Assembly: GCA_943788915.1 (NCBI GenBank)
Contig: CALSSD010000010.1
Location: 434,001-498,000, forward strand
Reading direction: 5' to 3'
DNA: 64,000 nucleotides
DNA from: an uncultured Acidimicrobiales bacterium
GTDB taxonomy: Bacteria > Actinomycetota > Acidimicrobiia > Acidimicrobiales > UBA10347
Shown: positions 50,269 to 59,662 of the stretch, one piece after another
How positions within the stretch are numbered: the first letter of the stretch is position 1
Layout: each line of letters opens with the position of its first letter
Position numbers and translations under genes: made by a program
Notes under the pieces: model-generated
What the model was told of the DNA's origin: nothing
What the model saw: the letters and a program-made list of their open reading frames with translations, nothing else
Database searches by the model: none

Positions 50269-52017
50269 CTATGCCTCGATGATCACCACGACGTCGCCGC
50301 CACCCACCGTGTCACCAACCGCAACGCTGATCTCTTTCACCGTGCCGGTAATGTCGGCCGCGATGTTGTTTTCCATCTTCATTGCTTCGAGCACGAGGAT
50401 GGTGTCGCCGGCTTCGACGGCCTGGCCGACCTCGACCTCGATCTTGACCACCGTTCCCTGCATAGGGACGGTGACTTTGCCGTTGCCAGCGCCGCCGGAA
50501 CCGCTGGATGCGGATTTGCGTCGTGTCGGGCCACCCGCAGGAGCGGCTGCTGTCGACTCGGGAACCCAAACGCTGACTGAGTAGCGTCGACCATTGACCT
50601 CGACGGGCACGTCTCGGCGCACTCGTTCGTTGCCGTCTTCGTCGGTTACTTCGTCGACAACCGCGGCGATACCGGTCAGGTCCAGGGTCTCTTCGACCCA
50701 TTTGGTCGAGTGAGTCATGGCCTTGAAGTCGTCGTGGCTCAGGATGGCGATGTCTGCGGGGATGGTGGTAGCGACGCCGTCGACCACCAGTTCGTCGAGT
50801 GCTCGCAGTGTCCGTCCGATTGCGGTTGGCCGGTCGTGGCCCCAGCACACGAGTTTGCCGACAAGGTTGTCGTAGTACTGGCTGATCTCGTCGCCGGACT
50901 CGTAGCCGGTATCGAATCGAGTGCCGAATCCGCCGGGTGCGTTTAGTTTGGTGATCGTGCCGGGTGCTGGCAGGAACATGCCTTCGGCGGGGTCTTCGGC
51001 GTTGATGCGGATCTCGATGGCGTGGCCCTGGATCTGCACGTCGTCCTGGTCGAACCACAGTTCTTCGCCCGATGCAATACGAAGCTGTGCTTCGACGAGA
51101 TCGATGCCGGTGACCAGTTCGGTCACTGGGTGTTCGACCTGTAGGCGGGTGTTCATCTCTAGGTACCAGAATTCGCCGTGTTCGTACAGGAACTCGACGG
51201 TGCCAGCGTTGACGTAGTCACAACCCTTGGCAACGGTGACCGCAGCCTCGCCCATTGCGGCGAGTACTTCATCAGAAATGCCGAATGCTGGTGCTTCTTC
51301 GACCAACTTCTGGTGGCGACGCTGGGCCGAGCAGTCGCGAGTTCCGAGGTACACGCAGTTGCCGTGAGCGTCGGCGAGGACTTGGACTTCGACATGGCGG
51401 GGCTGGCTGAGATACCGCTCGAGGTACAACTCGCCTCGTCCGAAGTAGTTGACGGCTTCGCGTGTCGCACTGTCGATGGCAGCCTGGATGTCGTCGCCTT
51501 CGTGTACGACTTTCATGCCGCGACCACCGCCGCCGAACGCGGCTTTGATGGCCACAGGAAAGCCGTATTCGCTTGCAAAGGCGGTGACCTGGGCGCTGTC
51601 GGTCACTGCCGCGGTGTTGCCGGGTACTCCACTCACACCAACGTTCTCGGCAGCCGCTCGAGCAGAAAGCTTGTCACCCATAACTTCGATGGCTTCGGGG
51701 CGTGGGCCGATGAAGGCGACGCCCATGTCGGTGACTGCCTTGGCGAAATCTGCATTCTCGCTGAAGAAGCCGTAGCCGGGATGAAGGCCATCGGCACCGG
51801 TGTCTTTGAGGATTTGCAGGATCGCTTCGGTGTTCAGGTAACTCTCGGCGGCTGTCTGGCCTCCAAGCGAATACGCCTCGTCTGCGAGGCGGACATGGAG
51901 GGAGTTGCGGTCGAGGTCGCTGTACACAGCGACAGACGTGACCCCCAGATCACGACAAGCACGGATTACCCGAACAGCAATCTCACCACGGTTAGCAATA
52001 AGGACCTTTTTCAGCAC
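50269..52017 (-). CDS. Acetyl/propionyl-CoA carboxylase alpha subunit (biotin carboxylase + BCCP)
   Basis: IANRGEIA, HPGYGF, GGGGRGM, EMNTRLQVEH, EAMKM biotinylation site. Confidence 0.95.
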   Translation of the reverse strand: MLKKVLIANRGEIAVRVIRACRDLGVTSVAVYSDLDRNSLHVRLADEAYSLGGQTAAESYLNTEAILQILKDTGADGLHPGYGFFSENADFAKAVTDMGVAFIGPRPEAIEVMGDKLSARAAAENVGVSGVPGNTAAVTDSAQVTAFASEYGFPVAIKAAFGGGGRGMKVVHEGDDIQAAIDSATREAVNYFGRGELYLERYLSQPRHVEVQVLADAHGNCVYLGTRDCSAQRRHQKLVEEAPAFGISDEVLAAMGEAAVTVAKGCDYVNAGTVEFLYEHGEFWYLEMNTRLQVEHPVTELVTGIDLVEAQLRIASGEELWFDQDDVQIQGHAIEIRINAEDPAEGMFLPAPGTITKLNAPGGFGTRFDTGYESGDEISQYYDNLVGKLVCWGHDRPTAIGRTLRALDELVVDGVATTIPADIAILSHDDFKAMTHSTKWVEETLDLTGIAAVVDEVTDEDGNERVRRDVPVEVNGRRYSVSVWVPESTAAAPAGGPTRRKSASSGSGGAGNGKVTVPMQGTVVKIEVEVGQAVEAGDTILVLEAMKMENNIAADITGTVKEISVAVGDTVGGGDVVVIIEA

Positions 52018-52036
52018 GGGACATAGCCTGCCAGAT

Positions 52037-52825
52037 ATGTCGCCGCGAACCGAACGCCCGGATGAAGCTTTTGTACTCGATGCTCTACGAGGTACCCGCT
52101 TGGAGCGGGTTCGTTGGGTAGCGGAGACCGGATCCACCAACGATGATTTGAGCGAACTTGCCCGAAACGGCGCCCCTGAGCAGGTGCTGATTACTGATCT
52201 GCAGACAGCGGGAAAGGGGCGCCGGGGTCGTGTTTGGACAGCACCATCAGAGTCGGGCCTACTCATGTCGGTGCTAGTCCGGGGTGTGTCACCTGCCGAT
52301 GGGTTCTGGTCCGTGGGGGCGGTGGCACTTGCCGCATCCGAGGCCATTGGTAGTCGCACCGTCTCGGCGTGCACACTCAAGTGGCCAAACGACGTCATGC
52401 TTGGGCCAGCGACCGATCAGAAGAAGGTTGCTGGAGTGCTCGCACAACTCGTCGATGACGCGATCGTGGTGGGCATCGGGATCAATGCAACATGGCCGGA
52501 TGACGTACCGGCAGATATGGCAGAACGAGGAACCTCGATCAACCGTCATCTCAATGACCGGACAATTGTCGACAGGGCGGACCTCGCAGTCGACGTTTTA
52601 CAGCGTGCAATTGGTCACCTTGAGAGCGATCGGGAAACCTTGCGTTCGACATGGAAGTCTCGTTGTTCAACGTTGGGGCAACATGTGCGGCTTGAGTTGG
52701 AGCGTGGTCCGATCGTTGGAACCGCCGTGGATATTGCCCCCGACGGAGCATTACAAATCGAAGACAGTGGTGTTCGTACGACGCACCAGGTCGGCGATGT
52801 AGTGCATCTACGGCCCGCTGGCTAG
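52037..52825 (+). CDS. birA: Biotin-[acetyl-CoA carboxylase] ligase
   Basis: GSTN, QTAGKGRRGRVW, KWPND, KVAGVL, GDVVHLR; divergent from the carboxylase. Confidence 0.93.
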   Translation: MSPRTERPDEAFVLDALRGTRLERVRWVAETGSTNDDLSELARNGAPEQVLITDLQTAGKGRRGRVWTAPSESGLLMSVLVRGVSPADGFWSVGAVALAASEAIGSRTVSACTLKWPNDVMLGPATDQKKVAGVLAQLVDDAIVVGIGINATWPDDVPADMAERGTSINRHLNDRTIVDRADLAVDVLQRAIGHLESDRETLRSTWKSRCSTLGQHVRLELERGPIVGTAVDIAPDGALQIEDSGVRTTHQVGDVVHLRPAG

Positions 52826-52894
52826 TTTGCAATTTGACTCCGAAGTCCGGGGGCGCCACCTCGGGCTGATTTCCACCGGATAGCGTGTTCCGCC

Positions 52895-53818
52895 ATGGCT
52901 GATGACACGACCGGTTGGTCGGAAAAGGGCAAGCGCACCCCAGGTGACGCAGATGGCGACGGCAAGTCCGCGACCCCATCCCGCCCATCCAAGCGACAAG
53001 CAACCTCAAGCAAGGGCGGCGAGTCTTCGATTGTCCGCACCCCAGCTTCGGACGATGCCGGTGCACGAAAGGTCGCAAAGGCAGCTGCAACTGCTGGCCA
53101 GCGCGACGTCTCGTTCGCATCCCGCTTGGGTTTCCCTGCATTGATCGCATTGATTTGCCTACTCGGCATCGGCGTGGTCGTCTATGCACGTTCAACCCGC
53201 GACGCATTGGCCGAGCCAGTGCAGAACCTGGATCATTGGCACGCGGTGTACGGCGTGTACAACTGCAACGCCACCGGCGAAGGCGACGCGAAGTTCCTCC
53301 CCGGGTTCCTCTCGACTCAGGACGACACCGGTATCCACTCCCACGGTGACGGCGTCATGCACATTCACCCGTTCTTCGAGCTGTCATCGGGCGACAATGC
53401 CCAAATCCGCCATTGGATGAGCGAGATGAACATCGAGATAACGCCTGAACGCATCAGCGTCAACAACCAGTTCGACCCTCCTGTTGAACTCGCTGCTGGC
53501 CAGGAATGCCTCGATGGCACCGGCAAAGCCGAGATCAAGTTGCTTCGTTGGCAGTTTGACTTCCAGGCAACCGACGGTGGCGAACCAGACGTCATCACCG
53601 AAGACTTTGGTCTCGTGCAATTCCAGAACGACCGTGAAGTATTCATGTTCGCCTACGTAAGCGAAGACACCGACGTCAACGAACTTCCGCCTCCACCGGC
53701 GGATCGGTTCGAGACGTTGAACAACGTGAGTAGCGCAATCGACTACAACCCGACGCAGCTGAACCCGATCGAAACCGGCGTCGACCTCGACGATGCAGAC
53801 GCTGAAGCAGACGAATAG
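52895..53818 (+). CDS. Membrane-anchored His-rich hypothetical protein
   Basis: Basic N-terminus, one TM, DHWH...GIHSHGDGVMHIHP. Confidence 0.8.
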   Translation: MADDTTGWSEKGKRTPGDADGDGKSATPSRPSKRQATSSKGGESSIVRTPASDDAGARKVAKAAATAGQRDVSFASRLGFPALIALICLLGIGVVVYARSTRDALAEPVQNLDHWHAVYGVYNCNATGEGDAKFLPGFLSTQDDTGIHSHGDGVMHIHPFFELSSGDNAQIRHWMSEMNIEITPERISVNNQFDPPVELAAGQECLDGTGKAEIKLLRWQFDFQATDGGEPDVITEDFGLVQFQNDREVFMFAYVSEDTDVNELPPPPADRFETLNNVSSAIDYNPTQLNPIETGVDLDDADAEADE

Positions 53819-53886
53819 GCCACCGGCCAGTAGTCACCCCGGTTTGATCCCACCTCTGTGGGTCTAGATCCAACGAGTCAAAATGA

Positions 53887-53917
53887 GAAAGGCCCTGGGG
53901 TAACCCCAGGGCCTTTC
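53887..53917. terminator. Probable bidirectional terminator
   Basis: GAAAGGCCCTGGGG-TAA-CCCCAGGGCCTTTC 14-bp perfect stem between convergent genes. Confidence 0.85.
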
Positions 53918-53971
53918 CCGTTTTGGATCCGACTGCCAACCCGTGCGCAAGCGGCAGCACGATGCGCAGGA

Positions 53972-54424
53972 TTACATGTTGAGTTCTTCGATGAGTCGGC
54001 TACTTGAGTCGGCCTTGTTGAGACCGCCCATGCCGAAGACCATCTCGATGCCGTACTGAGCACACACTGCGGACTCGGGCACTTCGTCATTGTTCTTGCG
54101 GTCGTCGCCACCGTTACCGAACACCAGACGATGATTCGGGAATTGTTTGCCGATCGCGTCGAGCGAGGCACAGACGGTGCCGTCTTCGTCGATAGCCACC
54201 ATGGCATGATCAACTACTCGGAGCGCTTCGACGATACGAAGCCGGTCGGCATGGTCCATGATGACCTTGCCTTTCTTCATAATCTGCTGGGCATTGTTGT
54301 TCACGATCACAAAGACTTCGTCGCCCGCAGCTTCAGCTGCCTCAATCATGTCCAAGTGTCCAACGTGGATCGGCCCGAAGTAGCCGCTCACGATGACAAG
54401 AGTTGGTGACGTTGTTGCGGACAT
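53972..54424 (-). CDS. HIGH-motif adenylyl/cytidylyltransferase family protein
   Basis: SGYFGPIHVGH, FGNGGD, KADSSS. Confidence 0.85.
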   Translation of the reverse strand: MSATTSPTLVIVSGYFGPIHVGHLDMIEAAEAAGDEVFVIVNNNAQQIMKKGKVIMDHADRLRIVEALRVVDHAMVAIDEDGTVCASLDAIGKQFPNHRLVFGNGGDDRKNNDEVPESAVCAQYGIEMVFGMGGLNKADSSSRLIEELNM

Positions 54425-54445
54425 TGGGCTGATCCCCTTCGGCCG

Positions 54446-55141
54446 TTAACGGAACAGGTCGTCGGCAGGGTCGCGCACAAGGTCGTCGCGCACCGATGAC
54501 TCACCGAACCATTCCGATGGGCCACCACGAATCACTGCTACGGGCACACCCGTCGTCTTGCCCATGGCGAGCTCGGCTGCGCACGCAAGTTCGTCTACCA
54601 GTGCAACCTCGGTCACTTGCATTTCCCGGCCGAGCGCATCGGGCGTTCCTCGGAGATCCAGAATCGCACGCACGCCGGCGCATCCGATCGCCACATCGGT
54701 GACGCCTCGGCGCCAGGGCCGACCAAACGTGTCGCTGATGATCACGCCAACATCTACACCAAATCGACCCTTGATTGCATCGCGGATACGGCGGGCTGAG
54801 CGATCGCTATCCTCGGGGAGAAGCGCTGCCTGGCCACGTTTGACGTTCGACAGGTCGATGCCAGCGTTGGCACACACGAAACCATGTTTGGTTTCGCTGA
54901 TGATCAGTTCGCCGCGTCGTCGCAGAATGCGGACCGACTCGCGTTCCACGATCGGTTTATGGCTTAGCGGATCAGTAGGGTCGATGTCGACCATCGCTCC
55001 CTCGGCTTTAGAAACGATCTTTTGGGTCACCATGACCACGTCGTGCTGTTGGAGTTCGACGGCGTCGCAGATCATGCCGGCGATGTCGTCGCCCCGACCG
55101 ATCTCCGGTAGTCCTTCGATTGGGAAAATTTCGAGACGCAT
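54446..55141 (-). CDS. cofE: Coenzyme F420-0:L-glutamate ligase
   Basis: QKIVSKAEG, CANAGIDLSN, DTFGRPWRRG, DELA, DLFR. Confidence 0.94.
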   Translation of the reverse strand: MRLEIFPIEGLPEIGRGDDIAGMICDAVELQQHDVVMVTQKIVSKAEGAMVDIDPTDPLSHKPIVERESVRILRRRGELIISETKHGFVCANAGIDLSNVKRGQAALLPEDSDRSARRIRDAIKGRFGVDVGVIISDTFGRPWRRGVTDVAIGCAGVRAILDLRGTPDALGREMQVTEVALVDELACAAELAMGKTTGVPVAVIRGGPSEWFGESSVRDDLVRDPADDLFR

Positions 55142-56094
55142 CAGACGCTCCTTGAAGCGGTTGGGTCGACAGTGGCGATGGTGAATTCTGCGAGTGCGGT
55201 GGTGATATCGATTGCCGTCATCATCGTGTTGGTTACGTGCGGGGTCATGCCAGCAGCACTTACGGCCGGGGCGAGATGATCGTCGACCGTATCGATAACA
55301 AGATGAGCGGCTAGCGGCTGGTAGACGGCGGCCACGCCGGCAGCGGAGACTTCGTGGCCAAAGGATCGCATCAGGTCTGCGGCTGGCCCTTTCACTGCGC
55401 CGCCGCCCACGATGGGAGAGATGGCGACATTCCGCTCTCGGCGTTGAACTACGGCGTCTCGGATTCCGGGGACCGACAAGATTGGATCGATAGACACGAA
55501 AGGATTGCTGGGCGCGATGACCACGCAGTCAGCGTCCTGGATTGCGGCGAGCACTCCCGGAGCAGGGCGAGCACGGTCGGCGCCAGCAAACTCGACATGG
55601 CGCACAGCGTCAGCGTGTTGGCGTTCGACGAAGTAACGCTGAAAGTCGATCGTCTCGCCACTGGTCAAAGTGACGCGAGTGCGCACAGCATCGTTGCTCA
55701 TGGGCAAGACGTTGAGTTCGAGGTCCCATGCGGCCGTAATCTCGCGAGTGACGTCGGCAAGGGTTGCACCTTCGTCGAGGCGTTGGGTGCGATAGAGATG
55801 TGTGCCAAGGTCTCGGTCGCCCAGTCCGAACCACGTTTGCCCGCCGTAGCGGTCAAGAGTTTCCTTGGCCTGCCAGGTCTCGCCGACCAGGCCCCAACCC
55901 GTCTCTGGGTTGATGACCTCGGCCAGGGTGTAGGTGCAGGTATCGAGGTCAGGGCTGATCGCAAGACCATGCAGACGCATGTCGTCGGCGGTATTGACGA
56001 TTGCGGTGATGTCTGACGGGGTGACGACGCGGAGGAGTCCGCGAAGAAATCGAGCGGCACCCACGCCGCCGCACAATACGCAGATGGTGGTCAT
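55141..56094 (-). CDS. cofD: 2-phospho-L-lactate transferase
   Basis: GGVGAARF, NTADD, SPDLD, WFGLGDRD, PSNPFVSI, KGPA. Confidence 0.95.
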   Translation of the reverse strand: MTTICVLCGGVGAARFLRGLLRVVTPSDITAIVNTADDMRLHGLAISPDLDTCTYTLAEVINPETGWGLVGETWQAKETLDRYGGQTWFGLGDRDLGTHLYRTQRLDEGATLADVTREITAAWDLELNVLPMSNDAVRTRVTLTSGETIDFQRYFVERQHADAVRHVEFAGADRARPAPGVLAAIQDADCVVIAPSNPFVSIDPILSVPGIRDAVVQRRERNVAISPIVGGGAVKGPAADLMRSFGHEVSAAGVAAVYQPLAAHLVIDTVDDHLAPAVSAAGMTPHVTNTMMTAIDITTALAEFTIATVDPTASRSV

Positions 56095-56136
56095 CGTGGG
56101 GTTGCAATCGGGCTGGCTCCGGTGTTCACAGGACGG

Positions 56137-56469
56137 TTAGTCACGTTTGGTGAGTCCTGAGAGCCGGAGGAGTTCAGGGCCAAGGTCAGCCACGGTTTGG
56201 CCGGCCTTGGTGAGTTGCTCGCCCCGTTCGCCACTGACCGCATCGCCGATGCCGGCGATTGCTGCGCCAACAACGTTGGACACTGGCTGTACAAACGTAT
56301 CGACCTGTGCAAGTACCGCTTCGATGGCAGGGCGCAGGGCTGGGACTTCCTCGACGAGCCTGCGCCTCTCGATGTTGAGCCGACGCAGCGTCAAAATGGC
56401 GGTACCCACGCCGATCTCGGCCATTTCGGTTAGGAATTCGTCGACATCGAAGTCGCTCGTTTGTGTCAC
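56137..56469 (-). CDS. Hypothetical protein
   Basis: 110-aa ORF co-oriented upstream of cofD; IGVGTAILTLRRLNIERRRL helix. Confidence 0.6.
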   Translation of the reverse strand: MTQTSDFDVDEFLTEMAEIGVGTAILTLRRLNIERRRLVEEVPALRPAIEAVLAQVDTFVQPVSNVVGAAIAGIGDAVSGERGEQLTKAGQTVADLGPELLRLSGLTKRD

Positions 56470-56542
56470 CTTGTCGAGTGTAATTGTTCATATCGAGGGG
56501 GTACCCATCCCGGCGAGAAAGGATGGGTACTCTCATGCCACT

Positions 56543-59500
56543 GTGGTTGACGCATCCGCCCCTCCATCTACGCGCCTCCTGGCGGCTGCCGACGATGGTC
56601 CCGACGCGCCCGCAGCCGCGTATCCGCTTGTCACGGTCTGCGTTGTGGCACACAATCCGGGCGCATGGTTCGACGAGGTTCTTCGATCCTTACTGGCCCA
56701 GGACTATCCATCGCTCGACGTTGTTGTCGTAGACGCTGCGAGCGGCGAGGCGGTGGCGCCTCGGGTCCATGCGGTTATTCCTGAAGCGACCGTGGTGCCG
56801 TTGCTCGCCAACCAAGGGTTTGCGAAGAACGCAAACACGATTCTTGAGCACCCCGGCCTTGGGTCGTACCTGCTGATCTGCCACGACGACGTAGCACTTG
56901 CTCCGGATTGCATCCGCCGACTCGTCGAGGAAACGCTGCGTTCGAACGCTGGCGTGGTGGGTCCCAAACTCTTGGATTGGGACGATCCCAATCGGATCCT
57001 TCATGTCGGCCTCGGTGCCGACAAGACCGGCCTGGTGTCTGACTTGGCTGAACCTGGCGAATATGACCAGGAACAACACGATGCGGTCCGAGATGTCTTT
57101 GCTGTTCCCGGCGCCGTCACGTTGCTTCGCACCGACTTGTTCCAGGCGCTGCAGGGTTTCGACGAAGCAATCCTGGTCCAGGGCGAGGACCTTGACTTGT
57201 GCTGGCGGGCGCACGCGCTCGGCGCCCGGGTGCTGGTGAATCCCGCTGCTACGGCCCGCCATCGCGAAGACCTGAGCACCCGTATCGTCGGAGCTGACCG
57301 AGACAAGTTCTCTCGGCGCCACCGCATCCGGTCGATGCTGTCGAACTACGGGTTTGCGCACACAGTGCGTGTCCTACCCCAGGCGATCATGGCCTCGATA
57401 GTTAATGCGGTGTTGGCCTTGCTCCAAGGCCGGCTCTCAGTCGTCTACGACATCGCTGCTGCCTGGGGATGGAATCTGAGGAGACTTTCGCAGATCCACC
57501 GACGACGCCGCCAACTCTCGGCCATTCGCCAGATCAGTGACTCTGAAGTGAGAGCCCTGCAGTTGCCGGGGTTCGAAGGGCTTCATGCCTGGCGCCGGCG
57601 GCGGGCAGATCGGCGCGCCCATCTTGTCGTTGCAGCAGATGATCCGGCGTCGGTGGAGGCTGCAGCCGATCGAAAGCGTTGGTTCCAGGCCTCAATCCTG
57701 GTGTGGAGCGGCGTGGTCGTCGTTTTGTTGTTCGGCAGTCGGTCGCTGATCACTGGCAATCTTCCGGTCTTCAACGAGTTTGTTGGTTTTCCCGACGGCC
57801 CGAGCCCGTTTCTTTCGGAATGGGGCAGCACCTGGCGTAGCACCGGCGTTGGAGCGGAGGCACCGTCCTCCCTTCTGCACGCGATCCTCGGCTTCGGTGG
57901 CATCGCACTCTTCGGGCAGATGGGCCTGCTGCGGATGCTGCTGACGGTTGGCATGTTGGGCGTGGGTGCTGCTGGTGCGTATCGCTTGTTGCAGCCCTTC
58001 AGGTCGTTGCCGGCCCAGCTGGTGGCGCTGATCGTCTATGTCGCTGCTCCATTGCCGTACAACGCTCTGCACGGGGGCAGTTGGTCGGGGCTGGTGGCAT
58101 ACGGATCGATGCCGTGGATCGCTAAACGCTTAGCGATTGCCGCTGGTATCCCACCCTTCGGCGACGACGAAACTGGTCTTGCCCGTCGACTCGCAGATAC
58201 TGCTTTCGTTGCGCTGATGGTCGCAGCTGCGTCACTCGTTGAACCACTTATTGGCGCAAGCTTGGCGCTCTTGACCGTCGGTTGGCTGCTCGGCGGCTTG
58301 GTAACACGCCGTGTCGAAGGAATCGGACGGCTCGTGGTTGTCGCGGTGGGTGCTGCAGGTATTGGATTTGCACTGCTGATGCCAGCATCGCTGGGGCTCG
58401 TCTTGGGCGATGCCGAATGGTCACTGGCCGGTGGCACCGGGTCAACAACCGAGGGCAATCTGAGCCTTGCCGACTTGTTCCGGCTGGCCACCGGGCCCCA
58501 TGGCGCAACCGCTGTGGGTTGGGCGCTGCTCATTCTGCCTGCATTGTCGCTGGTGCTGGCCTTTGGACACCGGTTGGCGTGGGCCGCTCGGTGCTGGATC
58601 GTCATTGTTGGATCGGTCGGCTTGGCCTGGTGGGCCGAACAGGGCGAGCTTGCGTTCGCCATCGCTGATCCACACGTTGTGCTCGCACCTGCTGCTATGA
58701 GCCTGGCCTTCGCCGCTGGCATGGCAGCAATGGCCTTTCAGCGAGATCTTCGCCGTTACCGCTTCGGCTGGCGACAGGCCGTGCCCTTTGTCGCGGTTGT
58801 TGCCGTAGTGGCATCGGCGGGCGCTGGGCTTGGAGGGTCCCTCGACGGACGGTGGCAGGTCGTCGACGATGGTTACGACGGTGTGTTCTCGTTCTTTGAC
58901 GAGAAGGCCCCTGCCCATGCTCGGACCTTATGGATAGGCGATGCCGACGTCTTACCGGTCGAGGGCTGGCGTTACGACGACGATCTCACGTTTTCGCTCA
59001 CTCAGGCTCGGACACCAACGATGCTTGACCATTCGCCGGGTAACGCCGACGACACCACGCTCGAGGTGCGAGAGATCTTTGCTGACACACTCGCGGGTGC
59101 ATCAAGCCGCCTTGGGCAGCGACTTGCGCTGTATGGCGTGCGTTACGTGGTGGTCGTCGAGGCAAATGCTCCCGCACCATTTTCGTCGATCGAGCGTCCG
59201 GTCGATCCATCGATCAAAAGTCGGCTGACCGAACAGCTCGACCTTGTTCGCGTCGAGGTGCGAGCTGGTGCCACGATCTTCGAGAATCGGGCCTATGTCC
59301 CGACGGTGAGTGCATTCTCGTCCGGTTCTTTGGCCGCCATTGCAGGCGGACAGCCGCCATCGGCATTTGCTCTTGGGCTCCCCGAAGTCACATCGCTGCG
59401 TTCGTATCGAGGCCCTGTGCAACCGGGCGAGCTCTATGTCGCAATGCCGGTGACGTCCAACTGGACACTTCGAGTCGATGGTCAGCCACAGGACCGGCTC

Positions 59501-59662
59501 AGGGTCTTTGACTGGGCTCAGGTCTTTGTGGCCGAACGGCCGGGCACAGCGACACTTACGCACAGTAACGATCAAGCCATGTGGTTCGCCGCGATCGCAC
59601 AGCTGGTTGCGTGGGTGGCTTTGATTACCGTATTGGTGCTCGGCCGACGGAGGCGCACATGA
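56543..59662 (+). CDS. GT2 glycosyltransferase fused to large multi-TM domain
   Basis: VVDAAS, NQGFA, CHDD, GPKL, EDLDLCWR; many TM segments downstream; start GTG 56543 inferred. Confidence 0.88.
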   Translation: MVDASAPPSTRLLAAADDGPDAPAAAYPLVTVCVVAHNPGAWFDEVLRSLLAQDYPSLDVVVVDAASGEAVAPRVHAVIPEATVVPLLANQGFAKNANTILEHPGLGSYLLICHDDVALAPDCIRRLVEETLRSNAGVVGPKLLDWDDPNRILHVGLGADKTGLVSDLAEPGEYDQEQHDAVRDVFAVPGAVTLLRTDLFQALQGFDEAILVQGEDLDLCWRAHALGARVLVNPAATARHREDLSTRIVGADRDKFSRRHRIRSMLSNYGFAHTVRVLPQAIMASIVNAVLALLQGRLSVVYDIAAAWGWNLRRLSQIHRRRRQLSAIRQISDSEVRALQLPGFEGLHAWRRRRADRRAHLVVAADDPASVEAAADRKRWFQASILVWSGVVVVLLFGSRSLITGNLPVFNEFVGFPDGPSPFLSEWGSTWRSTGVGAEAPSSLLHAILGFGGIALFGQMGLLRMLLTVGMLGVGAAGAYRLLQPFRSLPAQLVALIVYVAAPLPYNALHGGSWSGLVAYGSMPWIAKRLAIAAGIPPFGDDETGLARRLADTAFVALMVAAASLVEPLIGASLALLTVGWLLGGLVTRRVEGIGRLVVVAVGAAGIGFALLMPASLGLVLGDAEWSLAGGTGSTTEGNLSLADLFRLATGPHGATAVGWALLILPALSLVLAFGHRLAWAARCWIVIVGSVGLAWWAEQGELAFAIADPHVVLAPAAMSLAFAAGMAAMAFQRDLRRYRFGWRQAVPFVAVVAVVASAGAGLGGSLDGRWQVVDDGYDGVFSFFDEKAPAHARTLWIGDADVLPVEGWRYDDDLTFSLTQARTPTMLDHSPGNADDTTLEVREIFADTLAGASSRLGQRLALYGVRYVVVVEANAPAPFSSIERPVDPSIKSRLTEQLDLVRVEVRAGATIFENRAYVPTVSAFSSGSLAAIAGGQPPSAFALGLPEVTSLRSYRGPVQPGELYVAMPVTSNWTLRVDGQPQDRLRVFDWAQVFVAERPGTATLTHSNDQAMWFAAIAQLVAWVALITVLVLGRRRRT

